A stretch of 64,000 bases of DNA from Eledone cirrhosa (taxonomy: Eukaryota), in the NCBI GenBank assembly GCA_964016885.1, contig OZ024750.1:15066001-15130000 (forward strand). Reading direction: 5' to 3'. Both the position numbers and the translations under genes were made by a program. Under the pieces are notes generated by a model. That model saw only the letters and a program-made list of their open reading frames with translations. It was not told the DNA's origin and ran no database searches. This document shows positions 28,533 to 42,195 of the stretch, one piece after another. The first letter of the stretch is position 1. The number at the start of each line of letters is the position of its first letter.

Positions 28533-29737
28533 GTTTATATATCCAAGTTTATCCTGTTACTTTAAATCTAGTTCTAATCGGAAGGTTTACAATCTCAACA
28601 TAACATTATAGCCGTGGAAACCTTAGTAACACTAAGTCTCCATATCTTAGATATATGATACTCTTATCAGTATCCTCTCTTAAGCTAAAACACTCCTGTT
28701 GTATCACTTTAAGCACATTTTTATTGTAATATGCTTCAATGAATAGCTGCTATGTTTGAGAACCAACATCAACATCTCTAAATTTCACCCAACTTTTTAT
28801 TCTGTAAACGACACATACATTTTATATTTGTCTCAATCTATCGCTACAATATACAAAATATTCTTGCGAATATTCTTCTATTAAACAAATTGAATTCGTA
28901 TAGTTGATACCTACGAAGGATTTGGCTATATGTTTGTATACATTAGGTAAACAGGTTGGCAGAATCATTCTTTACATTTTATATTAAGAACATTCAGTAA
29001 ATACTACTGAGTGGAAAGCGAGAATCGTGGTGCAATTTAGAAATTATATGCAATCACATGGATTCTCGACTAGCTGGAGATTTTGATTCCATTTACGTTG
29101 ATTACAATGTTGCTGCCGACTGTTTTCATGGTAAAAATATCAGTAAAACACTGTTTTAATTGCATCCGATATAAGAAAGTGTGACTTCATAGTAATAATT
29201 GATTTCGTCTCTGAAGCTTATTCAAACATGCAAATAATAGATGTTCGTGTTATCGCAAAGTCTTTTAGCTAACACAGTTTCCACATGTAATGGAGGCTGT
29301 ATCTGATTTTGTTATGTCGAGTAATTTAACTAACGCTCTCTTCTTATTTCATGAGTCTTTTTAGCCAACATACACATTTGATGCAACATTAACTTCACCA
29401 TATTGAGGTTTCTATTACGTGTTTTAGCTGTGTTTATCTATAAGCTATGTATCATTTTATTTTTGTTGACATACGCACGCACACATGCACACATATACAC
29501 ACATATATATGCACATGTGTCTATGAATGTGTTTGCGTGCGTACGAATGCGTGCAAGTATAGTGTACTTGGTATGACTACCTTAAAATAAAAACATACCT
29601 TAATACATGAACAGGAAATTGTAAAGTTCAATGGGTTACTGTGGATAGCAGTCTCATTGCAGGCAAAAATCATTGGATTTCCGCTCTGGATGAAATTAAT
29701 ACTTACAGAGAAGCATTAAACGTTTCAACACCTGCAA

Positions 29738-29787
<50 letters not shown>

Positions 29788-30360
29788 GCATGTAATAGTA
29801 CATTCTAGGAATTACTGTTAATCATTTTATTTATTTAATCAATTAAACGTCTGTATAGAGCTAATAAACCACGACAGACTAGGTGGGTATTTAGTACTTC
29901 TTACAGCTTAGAAACAAAAAAATAATATTTACAGAGATAATATAAAAATAAAAATAAAAGTTAAAAAGCAAAAAAATAAAATAAAGTAAAATAAAATATG
30001 AAATAAAGTAAAATAAAATATGAAATAAAGGTTATGTTAAATGGCATAGCATTACATATATGTTTCTAGAAGTAAATTGGACAACGGAAAAAGGATTGGT
30101 TGTCTATAAAAGCACCGCACGGAGACACCCACACTAGGAAATAAGGAAAAAGAAACGTTTTGGCTTTCTAACGTAATCATGATGCTAAATCAAAATAGAG
30201 AAAACAAGAAACAAGCCTAAAATAATTCCTGATCTTTGATATAGATTGTCCGATCTTTAATATAGATTGCTTTGATCATTTGCACTAAAAACCGATTTGT
30301 AGGAATATTCATCGCTTCACTTCTATGTTAATCAAGAGATAGTAATATAGATAGAAATAC

Positions 30361-30439
<79 letters not shown>

Positions 30440-30506
30440 TGTATGTATATCGCTGGCCGGACACCGTTGAATTAATACCAGCGATTTTCGTAAATTTTAT
30501 ATAGTA

Positions 30507-30546
<40 letters not shown>

Positions 30547-30573
30547 TACATAGACATATATATATATATACAT

Positions 30574-30626
<53 letters not shown>

Positions 30627-30688
30627 TACATAGACATATATATATGTATATATATATACATACATATATGTATATATACATATATATA

Positions 30689-30900
30689 TTAGAAAGTGAG
30701 GTTTTTTTTACAAAATGAAAAATAACCGAGGTGTCCTACACGAGTGAAAGTATAAAGAAAAAGAGATGAAATCGAAAATGCAACTGAAGTCTTATTTAAA
30801 AAAAAATATATATATTTATTTGGTTCCTTTACCGGTTTCACAGTTCTTCTGCTTTTCAAAAGGTGAGTTGAGCTGGAGGGTCTGTGGTTTTTCTCACATC
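30689..30900 (-). mobile_element. Family B element between (TA)n tracts, with variant hammerhead at 30826-30863
   Basis: Minus strand reads CCTT-TTGAAAA-GCAG-aagaa-CTGT-GAAACCGGTA-AAGG. Confidence 0.78.
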
Positions 30901-31053
30901 TATATATATATCTCACATCTATATATATATCTCACATATATATATATAGACATATATATATATACATATACATATATATACATATATATATGCCTATATA
31001 TATATATATACGTACATATATATATATATACGTACATATATATATATACATAC

Positions 31054-31104
<51 letters not shown>

Positions 31105-31142
31105 GACATATATGTATATGTATATATATATATATACATACA

Positions 31143-31174
<32 letters not shown>

Positions 31175-31220
31175 CACACATAGACATATATATATATGTA
31201 TATATATATATATACATACA

Positions 31221-31272
<52 letters not shown>

Positions 31273-31274
31273 CA

Positions 31275-31324
<50 letters not shown>

Positions 31325-31326
31325 CA

Positions 31327-31360
<34 letters not shown>

Positions 31361-31571
31361 GACATATATATAGACATATATATATACATACATATATATG
31401 CCTATATATATATATATACACATACATACATATATATATAGATGTATATTTTCCATGAACTAAAGTCAGCCTAATTTTAGATTATCATGTCCGCCTACCA
31501 GCTTGACAAACTCAATATTTGCATGGCGTCATCAGTACTATGACATTAGCAAGGAAAGTAGAGTTAGGAAC

Positions 31572-31963
31572 GCTATTTAACCTATCTCTATATTAACCCC
31601 GTGTATATGATTAAGAAGCTATTTAACCTATCTCAATATTGACGCCATGTAAATGATTATGAAGCTATTTAGCCTAACTCTATATTAACCCCGTGTATTT
31701 AACCTAGCTCTACTCTGACCCTGTGTATATGACTAAGAAGCTATTTAATCTAGCTCTACCCTGACCCTGTGTATATGACTAAGAAGCTATTTAATCTAGC
31801 TCTACTCTGACCCTGTGTATATGATTAAGAAGCTATTTAATCTAGCTCTACTCTGACCCTGTGTATATGACTAAGAAGCTATTTAATCTAGCTCTACTCT
31901 GACCCTGTGTATATGACTAAGAAGCTATTTAATCTAGCTCTACTTTGACCCTGTGTATAGGAC
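31572..31963. repeat. 46-bp minisatellite, about 8-9 units
   Basis: Unit gctatttaatctagctctactctgaccctgtgtatatgactaagaa. Period checked from 31740 to 31786. Confidence 0.95.
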
Positions 31964-32702
31964 TATAAAAATAAGGTGAAAATAGTACAATGAATGATTA
32001 AGTTATTACTCCATCGACAGGAGAGAAGTTGCCTATACATGGCACGGGTTGTATGCTTTGAAATTTAATTTTACTTGACAGAAATATCCTTAGGTATCTT
32101 ATATATATTTCTCTACAGCTTAGTATAGTAATATTTATCCTCCTACAATAAAAAAAATATGAAATTTTGTATTTTCGTATTCGTTAATCTACAAAGCAGA
32201 ACAATGTATCAACAGAACACATTTAATGGAGATTTCAGGAATCTTTTATAGAACAAAATCAAAATTTCTGAGCTACTGAAAACCTCAAGTCACATATCCG
32301 AACAGCATTAACAACAACTATAATGACAAGGACAACCAGATAAAGAACTAGGATAGCATTATCGTAACTAACAACAAAACCCACAAAGGAACAACATCTA
32401 AAACAACATTTACTATCACCACCAACACCAACAACAACAACAACATCAAATCCATCAGCAAAGCCAATATTAACAACAAAAACAACAATAACGATAATAA
32501 TAATAATAATAATAATGATAATAATAATAATAATGATAATAATAATAATAATATTGATTTACAGTTCAAAAGCAAAAAATATAAAGAGAAAAGACGCAAC
32601 CTTCTAGCTTAAGGTAATATATTTTTACATTAACGAGAAATCTTCACACTCATGGTGAAAAAAAAAAAGCTGGAATTCATACCTCCATACCTCCCTCCAC
32701 AC

Positions 32703-32774
<72 letters not shown>

Positions 32775-32919
32775 TATATGTATATATAAATTATATATAT
32801 ATATATGTATATATAAATTATATATATATATGTATATATAAATATATATATATATATGTATATATAAATATATATATATATATGTATATATAAATATATA
32901 TATATATATGTATATATAA

Positions 32920-32951
<32 letters not shown>

Positions 32952-33155
32952 GTATATATAAATATATATATATATAAATATATATAAATATATATATATA
33001 TATAAATATATATATATATATGTATATATAAATATATATATATATAAATATATATATATATATGTATATATAAATATATATAAATATATATATATATATA
33101 TAAATATATATAATATATATATAATATAATATATATATAATATAATATATATATA

Positions 33156-33238
<83 letters not shown>

Positions 33239-33426
33239 ATATATGTATATATTATGTATATATATATATTATATATATATATATATATTATATATATATA
33301 TGTATATATTATGTATATATATATATGTATATATTATGTATATATATATATTATATATATATATATTATATATATATATGTATATATTATGTATATATAT
33401 ATATTATATATATATATATATTATAC

Positions 33427-33491
<65 letters not shown>

Positions 33492-33542
33492 CATATATAT
33501 ATATATATATATATTATACATATATATATATATATATATATT

Positions 33543-33628
<86 letters not shown>

Positions 33629-34164
33629 TATATATAGGAACTATTATATATATATATAATTCATATGCGCAACCGTCTGTGCGCATATAAATGATCATAT
33701 ATATCATATATATCATATGTATGTATGTATGCATATATGTATGTATGCGTGTCTCCGTATGTGTTAGTAAGCAAATGTATGTAAGAATTAGGAAGCTTTT
33801 TCAATATAGACCGATATTATTGGAACTATTATTTCTATGTTGAATGTAATAAAATCAGTATTGGGAAGGGAGCAGAAATCATATTTAAGCTGTAAGCGGC
33901 TTTTAACATTAGCCACTTGCTCCAGTACATAAACTAATTCGTCTGACTAACTTGAGTATTTCAGCCAATCGATTGATTGGTATATCTTTCGCAAATAACC
34001 TGCTATTCCCGAGACCACTGTTTCATATAATACTTACAAACAGCATTCAACTCTTTGATTTATTATAATAAAATAGAGGTCTTTTATTTTTTAATTCAAA
34101 CTAATTCAACGTTTACTTATTTGCTTCTGTTTTATTTTTTGTGTCATTGTTGTATATATTTCAT

Positions 34165-34353
34165 AATTGTTTCTACTTTAGGCACAAGGCCAGCAATTAA
34201 CCAGTGCATTACTGGTACTTTATTTTATCGACCCCGTAAGGATGAAAGGCAAAGTCAACCTCGGCAGGATTTGAACTCAGATCGTAAAGGGACGTAACTA
34301 TGCTGGAAAGCATGGCGTCCGACCCTCTACCGACACTGCCAATCCACCGCCCT
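34165..34353 (-). mobile_element. Nin/Deu-like SINE, full copy, with TSD-like 'atatatttcataat' flanks
   Basis: Match to the family consensus. Confidence 0.9.
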
Positions 34354-35009
34354 TGGATATATTTCATAATACTCTTTAAAACTGTATGGTTTTCCCTGGT
34401 GGATGTTTGTAATAATGATGAGGTTATCCTAGAATCTGTAGGTCAACAATTCAACTTACCACGACAATCTGAGTAATTCACATTCTATAATATTTTCCAG
34501 TTATTCGGTTCTAATGAATCTCACAAAAAAACCGATCAGCACCTAATTTTCAGCCTAGGCAAACCCTGCTCACATGATGTTACTATATGCTTCACTTCCC
34601 TCAGTTTCTACCCTCTACCATATTTTCTTTTCACCCTACTTCCCTACTTACACGTGTCTGTTCATCATGTAAGTGTCTTTTTATATTAATGGCAGAACTA
34701 TTAATCACAACACTTCTAAAACAAATACAACATACTCGCAAATCAAAAACAAAACTACTCACGTGGCTGGTGCTCTATAAATCTTACAACAAACAAGAAA
34801 CAACGTATCTAATGATAAAAGTCTGACGTTAATGATGAACTTAGTGCTTTGCTATTAATGAATTGCGAGGAACCCACACAGAAGTCCGAAAAAAGATAGA
34901 ATATGTATACATAACTTTAAGTAAGCAAATATGTATACATAACTTTAAGTAAGCAAACTCTTTATGCAAATACATGCACACGCACACACACATATATATA
35001 TATATATAT

Positions 35010-35195
35010 GTAACAAAGAAGCTGTTGTCAGATACCGGGTGGACCATAATGCACCAGAGTACTCGATACTAAGGGTAGTGGAGTGGGTAACACGAAAAGA
35101 ATCAGGACTGACGATGGCTGAGTTCCGGTCATTTCGACAGCTAGATCCGAACTAGTGATTATATGATGCTAGTTCGGATCAAGCTGTCGAAACGT
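35010..35195 (-). mobile_element. Fold-back element, family A
   Basis: Family A tail plus 'tttcgacagctagatccgaactag...ctagttcggatcaagctgtcgaaa'. Confidence 0.8.
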
Positions 35196-35514
35196 GTCTG
35201 TGTGTGTGTGTGTGTGTGTTTTGTGTGTCTGTGTATTTGCATAAAGGGTTTGAATTAAAACGTCTACATACCTGGACTGGATGGGGGTGATTGTTTCGTT
35301 GGGGTATGGGGGGGGGGGACCTGCCTAGGCGAATTACGTAGAGTTTTGGGGTAGTGGATGGTCAACTTCCTCCGGACTTGAGCCTGCGCAAACCGGTGGG
35401 GGTGAATTGGGGCTCACAAGGGAACGGACGAAAGATTCAAGAACACCTGTTCTGTCCATTCCCTTGTCGATTCAATTTGGATTACCTCGGGAACATAACC
35501 ATATTATGTAACAA

Positions 35515-35589
35515 GCTGTCTGATGATGTCACGGCACTGGGTACACCGAAGAGTGTGACCACTGTCGTCATTGAAATATGTATCACAGC
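35515..35589 (+). ncRNA. Type I hammerhead ribozyme motif with extended stem II
   Basis: Stem I GCTGT/ACAGC, core CTGATGA at 35520-35526, stem II ACGGCA/TGTCGT plus inner TACAC/GTGTG, GAAA at 35573, stem III ATA-tg-TAT, triplet AUC (C35584). Confidence 0.75.
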
Positions 35590-35717
35590 ATTATCATTAA
35601 AGGACTTTAACATCTGAAACTACTTTGCATTTTCTTATTCTAAATATACTCCCGTCACTCCTAAGTGGAAAAAGGACGTTGAGTGCTCGAATCGAATTGT
35701 AACAATGTTTACCTTAA

Positions 35718-35789
<72 letters not shown>

Positions 35790-35790
<1 letters not shown>

Positions 35791-36520
35791 TCTATCATAG
35801 CTCCCGGAGATGGGTGTAATATTCTCTAGGCATTCACTATGATGTACGAGCATTAAAATACTTATGGCATTTTGGAATTCTTGAGAAGTATTGACTAAAT
35901 ATGAATAGAGTGTTCATAGCTATATTAGAACAGATATTTAGTTTAAATAGAAGAGGAGGATTTAATCGGAGGTAAGATTGGAGGAATCCTTATATATGTT
36001 AACTTCTCGTTAAATCCATTTCCCTCTAAATACATTCCTTACTACTTTCTCATTACATTACGTTGCAGTGCATTGAAATATATATGTATTTATATATATA
36101 TGATGGCACATTGAAATATATATATTGCCTGAAGACATATCAGAGCTTCTTCGATAGATAAAGATAACTCTACAAGATTCCGAATTATAACTGGGCTGTT
36201 GATAGTTGAAATGTCTAGAAAAATACACAGACTCTTCGTTAGAGTTCCTTTTACCTAGCTTGATATCAAGTGTAATATCCATGAAATTAAATGTTGTTAG
36301 CTTGGGAGAGTTACTGAAATTGAACTACTTATGAGATCTATCATAAACTTATGCATAGCATGACCGTTAATAGTCCTTAAAATTGCCAGACCTTTGTTTC
36401 AGAATAGTTGAGGAATGTACACATTTTGATAGTTTCCAGGGTAAGTAATCCAGCCTAGTCTTTGGAATCAGTTTCGTCATTACTCTCTGGAAACTTCACA
36501 TAATACTGTTAACAAGAAAA
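35790..36520 (-). mobile_element. Degenerate Penelope-like element (PLE) reverse transcriptase/thumb fragment
   Basis: Collinear decayed motifs on the minus strand: 'GLAILRTING', 'NFMDITLDIKLG..NEESVYFSRHFN', 'RRSSDMSS', 'LEGNGFNEKLTY', 'NPPL..NICSNIA...HKYFNART', 'CLENI'. These follow the PLE pattern DDGL / FLDVTL / SNHP / SG..E.L.Y / FNPP..TNIG..KIFN / SC..N. Confidence 0.75.
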
Positions 36521-36558
36521 ACGATTTGATAGCAAATTTCAAACCACTACTATATATA

Positions 36559-37190
36559 TCTATATATATAAAGTTGTATGTTTGTTTGTTTGTTCACAAA
36601 CTATTCCTATGATTTTGGAGATAGGCCCCCATAACCATATATATTCTGAAACTACATTGCCCAGGGTACCTGGATAAGTATATTTCATTTTAATCAAAGA
36701 GTTCCCCGGGGGCACAGAACCCCCACTGAAAATGTTTTCCCTTCGATTTATATGAAATTTAAACCATAGGTATTCACACAATTTCAGCAAATTTCAATAA
36801 TATTAATACACCGTAATGGGGGTTAAACCCCCTATTAGGGTTCGCGGGTGTAGAAACCCCCGCTGAAAATATTTTCCCTTCCATTTATATGAAATTTAAA
36901 CCAAAGGTAAAGGACAAGATATGATGGCTATTCACAAAAGTTTTGAATTGATATTTTGAAAAAAATTATCTACAAGAAACAAAATAAGAATAAGATTTAA
37001 TAATATAATTTTGATTTGATATATTACAAAAAATAATGTTTTCCAATTTTTCATGCATTACATTTTACATTGAGTAATATTGAAATGCAGAGTTTTTCTC
37101 CATAAATTATATCACAGATTTAAAATCAATCATCATTTTCTTATAAAAAAAAATGTGTGAAACGCAACAAGGCGCGGGTAATTCGGCTAA
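36559..37190 (+). mobile_element. Non-autonomous Helitron-like element
   Basis: 5' TC-tatatatataaag start followed by (GTTT)n, 3' GC-rich 'gcgcgggtaattcggCTAA' end, and an internal ~47 bp duplication (36720, 36857). Confidence 0.65.
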
Positions 37191-37198
37191 TATATATA

Positions 37199-37288
<90 letters not shown>

Positions 37289-37291
<3 letters not shown>

Positions 37292-37411
37292 TGGGTAATA
37301 GGAAAAGAGTCAGCACCCCGGCGGCTGAGCTCTGGCCGTTTCGATACCTAGATCCGAACAGATCCAAACGGATCTGTTCGGATCTAGGTATCTCTTTTCC
37401 TAGGTGACTCT

Positions 37412-37458
<47 letters not shown>

Positions 37459-37670
37459 AAAAGAGTCAGCACCCCGACGGCTGAGCTCCGGCCGTTTCGA
37501 CAGCTAGATCCGAACAGATCCGTTCGGATCTGTTCGGATCTAGGTATCGAAACGGCCGGAGCTCAGCCGTCGGGGTGCTGACTATTTTCCTATTACCCAC
37601 TCTACTACCTTAAGTATAGAGTACTCTGGTGCGTTATGGTCCACATGGTTTCTTACCACACTTTCTTTGT
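37289..37670 (+). mobile_element. Family A fold-back element(s): inverted partial copy at 37289-37415 plus full copy at 37455-37670
   Basis: Near-perfect ~138 nt palindrome at 37455-37592, then the family tail, bounded by (TA)n. Confidence 0.88.
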
Positions 37671-38194
37671 TATATATATATAACCCTAGCATTTCTTTTT
37701 TGCATCATTTCCCACATGACTGGCACTGTCTGAAACATTTTATTCTCCCTTTATGGCAAAGTAAATATATATTTTTATTTTATTTAGAGATTTTACCAAA
37801 TTATCAATTTGAAATCAAGTCATGAATCGAAAATAGGATAAGCTACCTAGAATTAACAGTCTAGATAAGGATTGAGTCCTAAATAAAAACGCGTGACATA
37901 TTTTATTCAAGATAATAATCAGTGTTTTGTTTGCTGTCAAACATGTTGCAGGCTTTTCTGCATGCATAATTCTATGTATGTAGCTCATATCCAGGGATAG
38001 AGATTATATTGTATATGTTATACATGAATAAACTGCACCGACGAAAATATTTTTCATTTACAAAAACACCTCATCAGAGAGCTAACGTATTTGCATTTGA
38101 AGGTAATATAAAATCAATTTCATATTTTACTTTTGTCAGCTTCCAACTTGATATACTTGGCTTTTTAACAGATTATATGATGCTTGAGTTCAAA

Positions 38195-38560
38195 TTTCTA
38201 TGCTGCATGGCAGTCAAACATGGGCCCAGGGAGAAGAAGATCTGTGGTAGCTAAAAGGAAACTAAACATGCATACTTTCCTTGGTGTGTAATGATAGTGA
38301 ACACGAACGACAGAGCAAAAATGAGCTGAAACAAAAGTTAAGAATTGTTTCTACTTTTGGCACAAGGCCAGCAATTTTCCAGTACATCACTGGTACTTTA
38401 TTTTATCGACCCCGTAAGGATGAAAGGCAAAGTTAACCTCGGCGGGATTTGAACTCAGACCGTAATGGGATGTAACTATGCTAGAAAGCATGGTGTCCAA
38501 CCCTCTACTGATACTGCCAAGAGGAATTGACATTTGCTTGCAAAAGAGACGATTGTGTTT
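38195..38560 (+). mobile_element. RTE LINE C-terminal remnant interrupted by a minus-strand Nin/Deu-like SINE (38343-38520)
   Basis: 'MLHGSQTWA...DLW*LKGN...ERQSKNELKQKL' precedes the SINE and 'RGIDICLQKRRL' follows it. Confidence 0.75.
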
Positions 38561-38830
38561 TTAAAAGTTTGATTGGGTTTTTGTTAGGGATGTTTAGAAC
38601 TCGTGTAACATGAAGTAAAATCTATTTCGGCAAACAAGTCTGTATTCCTTGGTAAACTGGGTGGAGGAACGCAAATGTAGAATATGCATTCTATGTCTTA
38701 CATTAGATTGTCGGTAATTCTCAGATATAGGATGGATGCCAAGTCTCTTCAGTTTACAGCAATGAAGCACCAATGAATTTGTACTACTACTACTACTACT
38801 ACCACTACCACTACCACGACCACGACCACG

Positions 38831-38861
<31 letters not shown>

Positions 38862-39165
38862 TATCCTTCTCTTCTTTCCCTCTCTTTCCCCCCTTTCCTT
38901 CGTTTTTATGCGTTGCCACACTAGAACTTTCATATCGTCTGTAATTGTAATCTCATTAAGTACAAGTTTCTACAGAACATTGGCATTCTATCGAATATGT
39001 GATGCTGTGCTTCTAAAAACTTACAGAAAGGGATTTGTCTAAAGTTTGCGTCGGTCATCCAGAAAGATTAATCCATGATCAAATATAAGATACTTAAAAT
39101 GTTATTCTTTACATTCATTACAAGGTAAAACATACATGCACATGTATATATATATATATATATAT

Positions 39166-39227
<62 letters not shown>

Positions 39228-39236
39228 GTATATATG

Positions 39237-39301
<65 letters not shown>

Positions 39302-39700
39302 GTATATATGTATATATATATATGTATATATATATGTATATATGTATATATATATATGTATATATATATGTATATATGTATATATATATATGTATATATA
39401 TATATGTATATATGTATATATATATGTATATATATATGTATATATGTATATATATATATGTATATATATATATGTATATATGTATATATATATGTATATA
39501 TATATATGTATATATATATGTACATATGTATATATATATATGTATATATATATATGTATATATATATATGTATATATATATGTATATATATATATGTATA
39601 TATATATGTATATATGTATATATATATGTATATATATATGTATATATATATGTATATGTATATATATATGTATATATATATGTATATATATATGTATATA

Positions 39701-39764
<64 letters not shown>

Positions 39765-39783
39765 TACATATATATATATATAC

Positions 39784-39837
<54 letters not shown>

Positions 39838-39890
39838 CCCGGAATAACTTATCTTTTAGCACTGTTGGTGCGCCTCATAACCATCACCAA

Positions 39891-39945
<55 letters not shown>

Positions 39946-39970
39946 CATATATAAATACATATATAACATG

Positions 39971-40023
<53 letters not shown>

Positions 40024-40287
40024 GAACAAAAGGGCAACGATGGTTGCTAAATCCTGTACGGCTTAATTCGGGATGTTTGTTTACAAACAAACCGAGCATT
40101 ATAATAATGCTCGGTAAATCCATACGTACATATATATATGTATGCATGTATGTATATATATATATACATACTACTGTACGTCTGTATACATATATGTATG
40201 TACTTATACATACTTATATTTAAGTAACAGCCGTACTAATAGTGAGAAATGAAATTTCGTTTCATTTTTTCCATTTATATATAAATA

Positions 40288-40328
<41 letters not shown>

Positions 40329-40867
40329 CAGAAGAAGAAGAAAAGGAAGAAGAAGATAAAGAAAGAAGATATTTATCAGTAAGATTTCATTTTCTTCTGG
40401 TATCTATCTACGTTATATTCACTATAATAAATATTCTACATATATCGAGATTTTACAATATTTCCAGTATTATCTTCTAAATGAACTCGCCGAGGTTAAC
40501 TTTGCCTTTCATCCTTATGGGGTCGCTAAAATAAAGTACCAGTAATGTACTGGGTAATTGCTGGCGTTGTGCCTAAAATTGAAACAATTATCTTCTAAAT
40601 GAAAAGTTCTCAGCCAAATATTTTGGATGCATATAACAACTCAGTCATTGATGCTGTCTCTGCCAAAAAGAGATAAAGTTAAAGCACTCCGAGAAACCAA
40701 AATCAGACAAGCATCTTATAGATATTGAGAAAGGAAATAAATACAGGAACCATCTCCTGATTGCCGAAAGAAACAGGACGCCAATAAACAGAGAGATAGC
40801 GTAATGAAAGGAGAACTTAACAAAGAAAGACGTTTGTAGTATTAGAGAACTGATATATAGATAGATA

Positions 40868-40937
40868 TGTTTCTTTATTAGCCACAGGGGAACAAAAGAA
40901 GGGGACACATACAAAGGGGGAAGTTTACATACAATAT
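40868..40937 (-). mobile_element. 3' tip of Tx1-like LINE in (GATA)n
   Basis: Reverse complement of 'tgtatgtaaact...cccctgtggctaataaagaaa'. Confidence 0.8.
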
Positions 40938-41053
40938 AAATAGATAGATAGATAGAGAGATAGATAGATAGATAGATAGATAGAGAGATAGATTCATAGA
41001 AAGGTAGATAGGTATAGATAAATAGATATAGATAGAAAGATATAGATAGAAAG

Positions 41054-41086
<33 letters not shown>

Positions 41087-41107
41087 TATATACATACATA
41101 TACACAC

Positions 41108-41163
<56 letters not shown>

Positions 41164-41204
41164 GTATATATATATATATGTGCGTATATATATATATATA
41201 TATA

Positions 41205-41370
41205 TAGGAAAAAGTATGACCCCGACGGCAGAGCTCAAGCCATTTCGACGAAACGGCTTGAGCTCTGCCGTCGGGGTCATACTTTTTCCTATTTCCCACT
41301 CTACTACCCTAAGTATTGAGTACTCTGGTGCGTAATGGTCCACCTGGTTCCTTACCACACTTCCTTTGTT
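41205..41370 (+). mobile_element. Fold-back element, family A
   Basis: 87 nt palindrome at 41205-41291 followed by the family tail, flanked by (TA)n. Confidence 0.88.
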
Positions 41371-41668
41371 ATATATATATAGATAGATAGATAGAAAGAA
41401 ATATAGATAGGTAGAAAAATAAATAAAGTAAGATAGATACATATAGATAGATAGGTAAATAGATAGATATATAGATAGAACGATAGACAGATAGAGCTAG
41501 ATAGATAGACAGATAGAGCTAGATAGATAGACAGATAGAGCTAGATAGATAGACAGATAGAGCTAGATAGATAGACAAGGAGAGAGGGGCTGAGAATCTG
41601 TGTGAATGAGAGAAAAATGAAATGAGAAGGCGAATCTATCTTTCTGTTTATCTATTTCATGTTATGAA

Positions 41669-42195
41669 TCATGATCATTGTCATGATCAAACCGCCACCC
41701 TCCTTCGAAAACGAGGGAGAGGCGGTTTTCCTATGTGTTATGGCTGTGATGAAAGAGGTTATATGGTGGACGAGGTTAAAAGGGCTGAGGTCAGACACCT
41801 TTCTCTCCGGCGAGCAACTGATTCGTTTTTTCAAATATCATTTTGGAAGAAGAATCAGGATGGAGAGAGAGGTGCTGTACCCCCAGCAAATTTTATAAAA
41901 GGTGGGTGAATGTGGCAAAGAAGGCCCGAGTGGTTGGGCCTTCTCTCTATATAAGCCTGTAGGTTGAGGAAAAAGAGGAAGAGAGGAAGGGAGTACTCAC
42001 TCTTGGTGCTCCTGGAGATGAGGGTTGTACATTTTTTCGGGGTGTGTACAACCCCTGTGTAACACCTCCCCCCTATTGGGGATTTCAATTGTTATTTGTT
42101 ATTGTATTAATAGTTTTATTTTCATATACCTGTATGTAAACTCCCCATTTGTATTTGTCCCCTTCTTTTGTGCCCTTGTGGCTAATAAAGAAATA
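41669..42195 (+). mobile_element. 5'-truncated L1/Tx1-like LINE (ORF2 C-terminus plus 3' UTR) with 20-bp TSD
   Basis: 'AVMKEVIWWTRLKG...LIRFFKYHFGRRIRMEREVL' then frameshifted 'KFYKRW', and AATAAA at the 3' end. TSD TATCTATTTCATGTTATGAA at 41649-41668 and 42196-42215. Confidence 0.85.
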
